Shown: positions 51,323-62,355 of the stretch, one piece after another
How the letters are laid out: every line of letters starts with the position of its first letter
Numbering within the stretch: the stretch's first letter is position 1
NCBI RefSeq assembly: GCF_001194135.2
Contig: NC_068991.1
Location: 71,034,531-71,098,530 of the forward strand
From: Octopus bimaculoides
Taxonomy: Eukaryota
Direction of reading: 5' to 3'
DNA: 64,000 nt
Position numbers and translations under genes: made by a program
Notes under the pieces: generated by a model
The model's input: only the letters and a program-made list of their open reading frames with translations
The model's database searches: none
Told to the model about the DNA's origin: nothing

Positions 51323-52344
51323 AGTGATATAAATTGAAACCCTACATGCAAAATTTCTTGTTATATTCCAAACACCAACTGAATAATTACAGTTATTTCA
51401 CTAAATTCTTCATTGTTTTTAAAATTAATTAAAACTTAATCAGTTTAGTAACAAAAGGGTTATGAGGATGGATAAGGAGTCATTACTTTCTGGGGGAATT
51501 TTTCTTGGAAGGTATGTAACAGTGGCAAAGATGGGCCTTTCCAAATGGGTCTTGACTTGCACCTGTAAACCAGGGACTACAGCTGGAAGAGGGTATTTCT
51601 GCTTTTGACACCAAGAATAAATAAATCCTTTAGGATTCCACGGTTATCCCCTGGATGCTTGCCTGTCTCTTTTTAGATTCTATGGTTTTCTGTGACTGGT
51701 TTTCCATTCACTGTTAATCCTGCAGTGGATCCTTACCATTTTTTTCTTTCCCTTGTAAAGTCCCAATCCTCTGTCACCCCTGAGGCAAATAAAAGAAATG
51801 GTCGTTGTCACCATCGTCACCAATATCATTGTAGACTTCATTGATGAGAAATGGATTTAAATTTTATCATTTTTTTTTTTTTGTATTCTACATACAAAGA
51901 GCTAGTTCCATACATGTTGCAAATATAATTGTTGTTGTTGTTAATGTTTTCATTGTTATTAATCATCATCATCATTATTATTATGAAATCTGTAGATAAT
52001 TGCTTAGCTTGAAAATGGGTTTATGGAGAGAGGGCACATTATTTTTCCCCTTTTTTTTTTACATTCTTTTATTATTATTATTATTATTATTGATGTTGTT
52101 ATCATTATTATTGTTCTTATTATTAGTCTTGTTATTGTCATCATTATTGTTGTCATTATGATTTTGCTTTTAAACTTTAACTTCCATAGAAATGCTTTGA
52201 TGATTTGTATTCCAATTCTCTTGGAATTTATACCCTCTCCCCCCACCTCACCATTCTAATCAATTATTTTCATTCGCTAATAATTGACTATTGATTTTTA
52301 ATATTTTGATGTCATACATGTACATTATGTATATGACATCCATA

Positions 52345-52415
<71 letters not shown>

Positions 52416-52427
52416 AACATATAATGT

Positions 52428-52465
<38 letters not shown>

Positions 52466-53107
52466 GCTCGTATGTAATCTTTTATCTCCTCCTTGTTAGA
52501 CTGATTAGTTTGTTTGAAAAATGTCCAGTTTTCGAGAGACAGTAAGGATTTTTCAAATCCTCTTTTACATTATACAATTTTTATGAAGCTCGCAAAAATA
52601 AATAAATAAATAAATAACTAAAAAAATTTCAAAAAATTAATAAATAAATGAGATTTAAACCAAAGTACTAATTATATAATATTGATCATTTCACATTCCT
52701 TAGTTTGGATATTTCTTTAATTAAGGAGTAAAAAAAAAAAATGCAAAAGGAAAAAAAACAAACAACACTATAACTAAAATTCCTCGTTGGTCGTCCATAT
52801 TTGTAACCTAAACGTGGAAATATTGTAGTAATTATCATAATATTATTGTTAGTTTGTCTCTTTGATATTTGTGTCTATATTTTATTAATAGTAGCATTGT
52901 TGTCTTAAGTTGGCAGTTATTTCTGTACAGTTAGACCTTGTTACTATAGTATTTAGAGAATGTGTGTGTGTGTGTGTGTGTGTTCGTTCTTTAAATAAAC
53001 ACTGAATATTGTTTTAATGAGTATTTTTCACTGGTAACATGGATCATGTTCAGTATAGGAGTGTCTTCTGGCTGGGTTCTTTTATAAATCATAGGATCAA
53101 CATGTCA

Positions 53108-53147
<40 letters not shown>

Positions 53148-53511
53148 NNNNNNNNNNNNNNNNNNNNNNNNNNNNNNNNNNNNNNNNNNNNNNNNNNNNN
53201 NNNNNNNNNNNNNNNNNNNNNNNNNNNNNNNNNNNNNNNNNNNNNNNNNNNNNNNNNNNNNNNNNNNNNNNNNNNNNNNNNNNNNNNNNNNNNNNNNNNN
53301 NNNNNNNNNNNNNNNNNNNNNNNNNNNNNNNNNNNNNNNNNNNNNNNNNNNNNNNNNNNNNNNNNNNNNNNNNNNNNNNNNNNNNNNNNNNNNNNNNNNN
53401 NNNNNNNNNNNNNNNNNNNNNNNNNNNNNNNNNNNNNNNNNNNNNNNNNNNNNNNNNNATATATATATATATATAATTTTTGTCGACTTCGTCTCTTGCT
53501 ACACTGGGTTT

Positions 53512-53580
53512 TGTCTGCAGGTGCACAGGGTCTTTTAGGTAAGTTATAGCTTACCTGAAGACCCTGTCCACCCACAGACA
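53512..53580. ncRNA. Pre-miRNA-like hairpin, or exon/intron duplex
   Basis: 53521-53543 pairs with 53550-53571 (1 mismatch, 1 bulge, 1 G-U), 6-nt loop, plus basal TGTCTG/CAGACA. No known miRNA recognised. Confidence 0.5.
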
Positions 53581-53771
53581 TAGTGCAGAGTAACAGAACA
53601 CTGACTTGACCAAAGTATAATATATTAATCTCTGCTATGGCTTTGAGTACTTTTTCTCCATGTGTGCATGTATGTATATGAATTTTTCCACAACCCCCTA
53701 CAGTCTTTACATGCTAAGGAATAGAAAATAGTTTCCTGTTGAGTTTTCTATAAATTTCTTAAACCCTAATA

Positions 53772-54182
53772 CATTAGAACCTCGCAGTGTGAGAGCCCCA
53801 TTGTACGAGTAATCTGTTGTACGAACCGAGACTTGTGCAAATTTTTGTCTGGAAGTACAAGCAAGAATCTGCAGTACAAGCGAAAATCTGCGCTAGGAGC
53901 ACACAAATCGTCCTGTCTTTAAGGTAATTCCTTCCGTTAATAAAACTAGTTTACATATTTTATTTTGCATTCTCATTTTTATAACTGTCATTTTACTTTG
54001 TAACTGTACATTTTACATTTTAAAACCCCTAAAAAATTATTTTTGAGTAGTTTTTGGGGGCTGGAACAGATTAATTATATTTTAGTTAATTTTCAGTGGG
54101 GAAAATTCATTTGTAAAATGAGTAAATCATAAGACAAGTTTGGTCATAGAACAAATTAAATTCGTACTGCAAGGTATCACTA
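53772..54182. mobile_element. Tc1/mariner (pogo/Tigger-like) MITE
   Basis: TA-CATTAGAACCTCGCAGT left end and ACTGCAAGGTATCACTA right end form degenerate TIRs. Confidence 0.65.
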
Positions 54183-54188
54183 CATACA

Positions 54189-54219
<31 letters not shown>

Positions 54220-54371
54220 GTGTATATATATATTTCTTCTTTGTTTTTCTGCTGACAATTTTCGGTTTTGTATACTAAGAATTTCTTTGAGATTTGCTAT
54301 TTTATGCTACTTTAAACTTTTCCTTTTTAGATTTCATGCAAAACACACAATTATCATTTTGTTTTTTTAAT

Positions 54372-54680
54372 TCATTTTTACTTGTTTCTCTCATCAGACT
54401 GCAGCCATGCTGTGGCACTGCGTCTAATTTTTAGTCAAATGGATTGACACCCCCCCTAATACTAATTTTTTTTTATAGCCTAGTACTTATTCTATTGTTC
54501 TCTTTTGACACACCTCTAAGTTACAGGGACACCAGCACCAGTTGTCAAATGGTGGAGGAATGACAAAGGGACGTGCACACATATACATATACACACTTAA
54601 CAGGCTTCTTTCAGTTTCCGTCTACCAAATCCATTCACAAGGCTTTGGTCAACGCAAGGCTATATTAGAAGACACTTGCT
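54372..54680 (-). mobile_element. SINE family A lacking its head
   Basis: TTTTACTTGTTTC...CAGCCATGCTG tail; TTCAGTTTCCGTCTACCAAATCC core. Confidence 0.85.
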
Positions 54681-56333
54681 AACGATCCCACCATCATGTC
54701 ACCTAACAATGATAATCATATCGTTTTGTATTTGGTTTTTACAAGATTCTTTATGTGAATTCGTGTGTTAAAGCATATTTTATTGTCTGGGGAGAGTCGT
54801 TCTCGTTTAGTGCCTTATTAATTTAATACACTCACCAGTGCGATTTCCACTCATTTACTTATTCGTTTTTTAAGTAAATGAGTGGAAATCAGATTTGTGA
54901 GTGCGTTAAATCGATTAGGCATTTAAAAAGAACAATTCTCTCCAGACACAGTAAAATGCTAATAATAATAATAATAATAATTATTATTATTATTTCTGAT
55001 TTACTCAGTCGTCAATTTTGAGCAGATATGGTTTGGCAATGCCATCGATCTCAGCTCTTAGACTAGAACTTTATTTTATCAAATCCCAGTAGGATGAAAA
55101 AACAAAGTTTACCCTGGCAGTATTTGAACTCCGAACATGAAGAACTGGAATAATTACACGTACTTTATCTGATCCCAATGATGATAACTACTTTTGTGAT
55201 TTGAGTACAGTACTTCATATTAAGTAAAATAGCGGTAGTAATTGTGGGGCTGGTTCTGTTTTACCCACCCTTATGGGAAACCCATTAAACCAAGGAATAT
55301 TCCACTGTAATTTTTATCCCACTGGTGCCATTGTTTATAATAAAGGCACAAGGCTAGAAATTTGGCAGGGATGGGCAGAAAACGATCAAATTAAGCCAGC
55401 ACAATATTTTAACAACCCTGGATGAATGGAAGACATGGTTAACCATGACAAGAAACTATAATGATAATAATAATAATTATAATGGTTTCTTATAGTCTAA
55501 GTCACATTTTTGATGTCAAGGGAAGCAGTTGAAATATATATCCATATATATACACACACACACACACACAGGTATATATAAATTATTTTATTTAGTGGTT
55601 CTATTGATTCTGCTAATCCACAGCTTAATTATCATAACGAATGGGGTTAATTTTGTTGAGCTACAGCTTCAGTTTTCTCTTTTAATTAACAGTTCTGATT
55701 TCCTTGTTTGGTATTCCTCTCGTTCTGCGTCTTTTACCGTCTTCTCTATCCTCATCATTTGTGGGCTGTGCGTGTGTGTGTGTGTGTGGTAGGGGTTAGA
55801 ATTCCTGACCAAATACCATTCACTTCCTGGAAGTGCCTTTTCGCAAATCAAGTCTGAAGCCAAGTTCCTTGCTTGCCTTTCATGCTGTAACCTGATAGGT
55901 TGGCATTCTTAGTTAGGCTTGGCCATTCTAAGCCATTCCTTCCAGTAGTAATCCATAGCTTAGCTAATGGTCAGCCACTGTCCAGCTAGCAACTCAACTC
56001 TACACACAAATACAAACACACACACACACACACACACGCACTCTTTTTCTCCCTCCTTTTCCTACTTCCTCCCCTACTCCTTGCTCTCCATTTTCTCTCT
56101 CTCCTCCAGTTGGTCAATAACCATTTTCTGCTGGTAAATGGTCCAGTAGTGCTGCTAGACACTTATTGATCAATCCATCACCTTTTAACTATCCACACCC
56201 TCTAATGTCTGACCAACTGCCTGTCTCCTTGTCTACCTATATGTATCCTCCCTCCCTCACTCTTTCTCTGTGTCCTTTCCGCCATATCTATATAACACAC
56301 ATCACTGCCAATCACTCCTCTCTGTCTGTCTCC

Positions 56334-56364
<31 letters not shown>

Positions 56365-56514
56365 TTCCTTCCCTCTTTATCACTCTTACCCACTCATCTA
56401 TATTGACCCCACCTCCTCCTCTCTCTATCTGTCTATCACTCTTTTATTTACTACATTCTTAAGTTTCTTCTGCCTTCCTTATGTTATTTAGCTCAATATT
56501 TCATGGCTAAATTG

Positions 56515-56549
<35 letters not shown>

Positions 56550-56749
56550 AGTCATGTCTTTAGTAAGGTTAGCTATTTTCTCTCTCTGGAAGAAGTCTGT
56601 GAATGAATTTATTCCTTTATTCCATTGCATTATTCTTTTCACACAGGTGAATGCAAACAGGAACACACACACACATGCATACACTCAGATATTTATATTT
56701 ACATATATGTATATATGATGGCTTAATACAACTGTATGTATGTGTGTAC

Positions 56750-56785
<36 letters not shown>

Positions 56786-57414
56786 ATATGATATTACAAG
56801 GCTACAAATTTATAAAGGGTCCACTCAGCTATTTATAAGCCAATCCTTTCGACTCCCTGAAATTATGGGTCTCGTTTGAACTTGAATTTTAACGGAATAT
56901 TCCAAAGCGTCTTGTCCATTACTTTGGCCAATCTCTAAGCAGATGATAAAGCTATGAATAATAGCATGAAAATATTGGGTTAAGAGAGCCCTTTGGTTAG
57001 AAAACAACCAAAGGCTGGCGGTGGGAATTGAACCCATATCTGCTCTAAACATGACAGGCTTTCTTCCATTGGACCAAAGCAATCTTTTGAATTTAAACCA
57101 ACCCTAGCTGTTATTTTTTTTTTTAAACCTGGTACTTATTCTATCAGTCTCTTTTGCTGAACCACTAAGTTATAAGGATACTATAATTTTGCAGTGCCTG
57201 AACGCCGCAAAGCATACAAGGCAATCTTGCATTAAAGATGTTTAAAGCATTTAATATATATATATGCATGTGTATGTATGTATGTATNNNNNNNNNNNNN
57301 NNNNNNNNNNNNNNNNNNNNNNNNNNNNNNNNNNNNNATATATAATATATATATTTGACAGGAATGGCAACAAAAGAAAGAAAGAGACCTCGATATTATG
57401 CAAATAGAGGAATT

Positions 57415-57534
57415 TATCTGTAAAAATATGTGGCACTTATTCAGTAGCCATGATAAAACTCCGAAACACCCTGGCATTCGAAACTCAGAGTTTTATCATG
57501 GCTACTGAATAAGTGCCACATATTTTTACAGATA
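57415..57534. repeat. Perfect 47-bp inverted repeat, arms 57415-57461 and 57488-57534, 26-nt spacer
   Basis: TATCTGTAAAAATATGTGGCACTTATTCAGTAGCCATGATAAAACTC and its exact reverse complement. Confidence 0.97.
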
Positions 57535-57963
57535 TATTTATTTATATATATATATATATACACACACATACATGGACACATGCTCATATGCACATTTAAT
57601 TAATGCGTGTGTGGGTTTTAGTCATCTCTCTCCGCTATCTACATAACGTGCTTTTGACCAAATTAGTCTTTTTTTTTTGATTACATGGAGTATTGATGTT
57701 AGGTAACCGTGTGTCTCACTAGCAAATTAATTACAGCGTTAACCAACACATTACCGATTAGTGGTTGCTAACACTTCAATAAATATTTATCATAATTAAC
57801 CCAACTGATGATATTATTAGTATCGTTATTATTATTATTATTATTTTATCATTCTTATTATTACGCAATGAAAACTATTTTAGCAAAGAGAAGGTGCTGC
57901 AACAAAACAAACAAATACAATAAAAAGACTCCAGTTTTTAGTGTTTTTTTTCCTTATTTTCTA

Positions 57964-57999
<36 letters not shown>

Positions 58000-59294
58000 T
58001 TGGTGTGCAACTAAATAACTTAATTGTTGGTGTCACTAAACAACAACTTTCAAATTGGTTCATAAAACCTGATTTTTTTTTGCTTTTGTTTTTGGTATCT
58101 TTAAATGTAAATTTTTTTAGGTTTTTTTTTTTAGTGATGAAACTTTATTTATTTATTGGGGGTTTTTTTTTTTGCAATATATTTTTATATTTCATTTTCG
58201 CTGGCAGTTTTTTTTTTTTTTTGCTCCCCCCTCCGAAAATTTTTTATTGGTTTATTTATTTCCCCTGTTATTTGTCTAACGTCCCCCCCCCACACCTTAA
58301 CCTTCCTAAGTTGATTTAGTGTTATTCAAAGTGTATCAGTCTTGCCCAATAAAACAGAAATTATCATCATAATTATTATTATTATTATTATTATCATTAT
58401 TATTTTTTTTTCAATTTTTGTTTTCTTTACTNNNNNNNNNNNNNNNNNNNNNNNNNNNNNNNNNNNNNNNNNNNNNNNNNNNNNNNNNNNNNNNNNNNNN
58501 NNNNNNNNNNNNNNNNNNNNNNNNNNNNNNNNNNNNNNNNNNNNNNNNNNNNNNNNNNNNNNNNNNNNNNNNNNNNNNNNNNNNNNNNNNNNNNNNNNNN
58601 NNNNNNNNNNNNNNNNNNNNNNNNNNNNNNNNNNNNNNNNNNNNNNNNNNNNNNNNNNNNNNNNNNNNNNNNNNNNNNNNNNNNNNNNNNNNNNNNNNNN
58701 NNNNCACTCACACATCCACCTGCTGCTCACCCCCGACCACCACCACCACCACCACCGCCGCCATAACCTGGGTGTCCAATCTCTCTCGATCCACACCCTC
58801 ATCTTAACCATATCATGTATTCATCTAGTATTCCACCACCCAGCCTCCACATTCATTGAACTCCTGTCTTCAATCGTCACCTCCTCGATTCCCCCCCACC
58901 TGTCTTTTCCCTTTATTATTATTATTATTATTATTATTATCATTATTATTTTTTTTTCAATTTTTGTTTTCTTTACTGAGGATTTTTTCCACTTTTCTGT
59001 GTTTTTGTCTTTTTTTTCATCACTTTTTTTCTATTTTAATTTTTTTTTCTTGCTTTTAACTTATTTGTTATTTTTAAATTATTCTCCTTTATCAATTTAA
59101 TCATTTTGTTTGTAAGGCGTGTGTGTCTGTATCTGTGTGTGTGTGTATGTGTGTCTATGCGCTTGTGTGTATGTGTGTGTTATAATTTCAAATATTTTTA
59201 GTCTTTTAAAAATTTCTTTTAGAAAAAAAATTTTTATAACATTTTTTTGTATTATACTATTTTTTCATCACTTCAGGCTGTTCAATTAGTGTAA

Positions 59295-59332
<38 letters not shown>

Positions 59333-59989
59333 TGCAGTTGCCTTTTTGTTATTTTTTAAAATCTTTCTGTTTATAATTTATTGCAAGTTACAGAAACTTG
59401 TAGAGTTAACTTCAAAATAACCCCAGTCGGTTTTAGTGAGAATAGAGAAATATAACAGCACCAGACTTGGTGCTGTTTTACACCGAATATGCTTACCTTC
59501 AGTTACCTGGTTCAAATTTCACTGAGTCTGGTTGACATCTCCTAATAAACAATTTTATTACTAATACAGTGGAGTTTGTCAGTTTGGGAAATAAATTTAA
59601 TAGAAATATAAAGTTACTGTCTGCTGAAGAATGGCTCAAATTTCTCCTGGCTTTCGTAGATATAATTTCACCTCCGACCTGATGGTTTCATTAACACTAT
59701 ACTGCGAAATTAAATTTACCAAAGATGGAGCTGGTATTTTATGCACGTCGTATGACCACAAACTTGACATAGTAATTTCGGTTAAACTGATTTGTATAAC
59801 AAAAACTGGTCTTCCGTAGATCAAATAAAAATAAAAATTATTGTTGATTATTAAAGGCTAAGTCTTTACGTTATTTTGGTTTCCATTTCTTTGTTTTCCG
59901 TTTGTTCCCAGAAATAGATAAAACCTTTCACCTAATCAAAAGAAGCCCCCCCCCCCTTTTTTTTTTTTTAAATTCTGTGAAATTACACT

Positions 59990-60800
59990 GGGGTGAAATT
60001 AAGCCCTTTTTACTCTCAAATTGCTTGATTCTCCTCTCAGTACCAGTTCAAATGTACCGAAGCCGATGTAATTGTATTGCCTCTTTTGCCTAAAATTGCT
60101 GGCCTTGTTGCCAAAGTTAGAATTATTATTATTATTATTATTATTATTATTTAAGGCAGCAAGCTGGCCGAATCGTTAGCACGCTAGACGAAATGCTTAG
60201 CAGTATTTCACCCGTCGCTGTGTTCTGAGTTCAAATTCCGCCGAGGTCGACTTTACCTTTCATCCTTTCAGGGGCGATTAAATAAGTACCAGTTACGCAC
60301 TGGGGTCGATGTAATTGACTTAATCCCTTCCCTCAAATTTGAGACCTTGTGCTTCCAGTAGAAAGGATTAATTATTATTATTATTATTATTTTTTAAGCT
60401 GGCAGGCTGAGTTCAAATTCCGTCGAGGTCAACTTTACCTTTCATCCTTTTGGTGTCGATAAAATAAGTACCAGTTAAGCACTGGGGTCGATGTAGTCGA
60501 TTTAATCCCTTCTCCCACCAAAATTTCATGCCTTGTGCTTTTAGTAGAAAGGATTACTATTATCATCATCATCACCAAGGTAGCAGGTTGTTAGAATTGT
60601 TAGTACGTCGAACAAAACGCTTAATAGAGTTTCTTTTTGTCTCTTTATGATCTGAGTTCAAATCCCACCGAGATCACCTTAGCCTTTCATCCTTTCAGGG
60701 TCAATAGCAAAAAAAAAAAAATAAAAGTAGCAGTTGAGCACTGGATGTGCTGACTTAACCCCTCCCTTTAAATTTGCTAGCCTTGTGCCCAAACTCTCAA
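59990..60800 (+). mobile_element. Head-to-tail chain of four SINE family B copies separated by (ATT)n/(ATC)n tails
   Basis: Copies at about 59990, 60154 (young), 60397 and 60575. Confidence 0.92.
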
Positions 60801-61842
60801 GCATTTTTATAACCAGTTGTAGATAATCTCGCTACATGCAGTAGACATTAACTGTGAAAGCAAAATCTATTTGGCTTCTTGTTATCCTTCTGCCAGTTGC
60901 TAGACATATAGAAAGGACTTGGAATACATCAAGTCTGTCTCCCCCTCTCTCTAAATCTACCATATTTCAAGGTATTTATATCTATATGTATGGTATGTTC
61001 TTGGTCTTACCGTTACCCTATGTTCACTTCTGCTGTGACTAAGCTAAGTCTAAACCGTGGAGCATTTAGAACAGGTATGGGCAATGTTTTTCAAGAAGTG
61101 GGCTTCATGTGACACGGCTCCCCCACCAGGTGGGCCACGCTATTGGTGGAGTGGGTGGGGAATTCAAGGTAATTCTCTATTCAGGAAATCATGAGCTGTA
61201 GTTTATCCCTGACTGGTTTAGAAAGTCAAGTACCTGAAATTACATAATTATTTTCCTTTGTTTAAGAAAAAAAAAAAATATTAAAAATCAATTTTTTTTT
61301 TGATTTTTTAAAATAAATTTCTGCTGAATACTAGAAATTAATTGGAGAAGATTCCAATTCATTCCAATGATGCCTACCAAAGTTTCCTGGTAGCATGTGT
61401 GAAGTGGGTTGCATCTCTGTCATCTCTATTACAGTATAATTTAACCGAATGCTAATTAAGTGCAAACTAGATACACTTTTGCAGTTTATTGCCGTTCTGT
61501 TTATGACAACAATGATGAGGGAACGAGGTCGTTAAGCATTTATTCATTAGTATATATTTCTATATCACAAATCAGTAAATAGTTGTGCTGTTGGTAGCAG
61601 GGACTCCCCCAGCTGTACCAGTCACTGAAACTACTGCATTTGCGATGATGGAAACGACAAGGAAGTGTCTTTAATTTGAGGCAGAACAAACATCACGAAA
61701 GTACATTGTTTCAAAAATTCCTGTTTGTCGGGGNNNNNNNNNNNNNNNNNNNNNNNNNNNNNNNNNNNNNNNNNNNNNNNNNNNNNNNNNNNNNNNNNNN
61801 NNNNNNNNNNNNNNNNNNNNNNNNNNNNNNNNNNNNNNNNNN

Positions 61843-61885
<43 letters not shown>

Positions 61886-61987
61886 GTACATGTGTGTGTA
61901 TATATACATATAGACATCTTGGGTATCAGTGTGTGTCATTGTCATCATCGTTTAACATCCATTTTCCATGGGTTGGGTGTATAAATG

Positions 61988-62026
<39 letters not shown>

Positions 62027-62029
62027 TAG

Positions 62030-62200
62030 GATAATTCACGAAAAAACAACAGACGAAGACAGGTGGTGTAAACAATAAATGGATGTATTAGTATAACGCT
62101 CGGGAATAGAGAAAGTCTTTAACGTTTCGAGCCTACACTCTTTAACAGAAAGGAACACAGAAAGAAACAAGGACAGAAAAAAATATGTGTAGTGGTCAGC
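62030..62200 (-). mobile_element. Short Penelope-like repeat carrying a decayed hammerhead motif (62117-62152)
   Basis: Minus strand CUUU-CUGUUAA-A-GAGU(GUAG)GCUC-GAAACGUU-AAAG. Confidence 0.5.
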
Positions 62201-62207
62201 GATCTAT

Positions 62208-62355
62208 CCCTATAACTTAGCGGTTCCACAAAAGAGGCGAGTAGAATAAGTACTAGGCTTACAAAGAATAAGTCTTGGGGTCGATTTGTTCAACTAAACG
62301 CGGTGCTCCAGCGTGGCCGCAGTCAGGTGACAAACAAGTAAAAGAATAAAAGAAT
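62208..62355 (+). mobile_element. SINE family A, 3' half
   Basis: TAACTTAGCGGTTCC...GAATAAGTACTAGGCTTACAAAGAATAAGTC...CAAGTAAAAGAATAAAAGAATA. Confidence 0.88.

Noticed and set aside
56975-57075. tRNA-like sequence on the minus strand (GGTTCAATTCCC B box)
   Set aside because: The cloverleaf does not close; most likely a decayed SINE head.
58360-58980. Duplicated ATT/T-rich block before and after the 58.4-58.7k gap
   Set aside because: Low-complexity and gap-adjacent; probably an assembly artefact.
346-62000. Many 60-150 aa ORFs rich in YI, HT, CV, LS or ER dipeptides, or with SINE-derived text such as FQFLSTKS
   Set aside because: Translations of microsatellites and SINE bodies.
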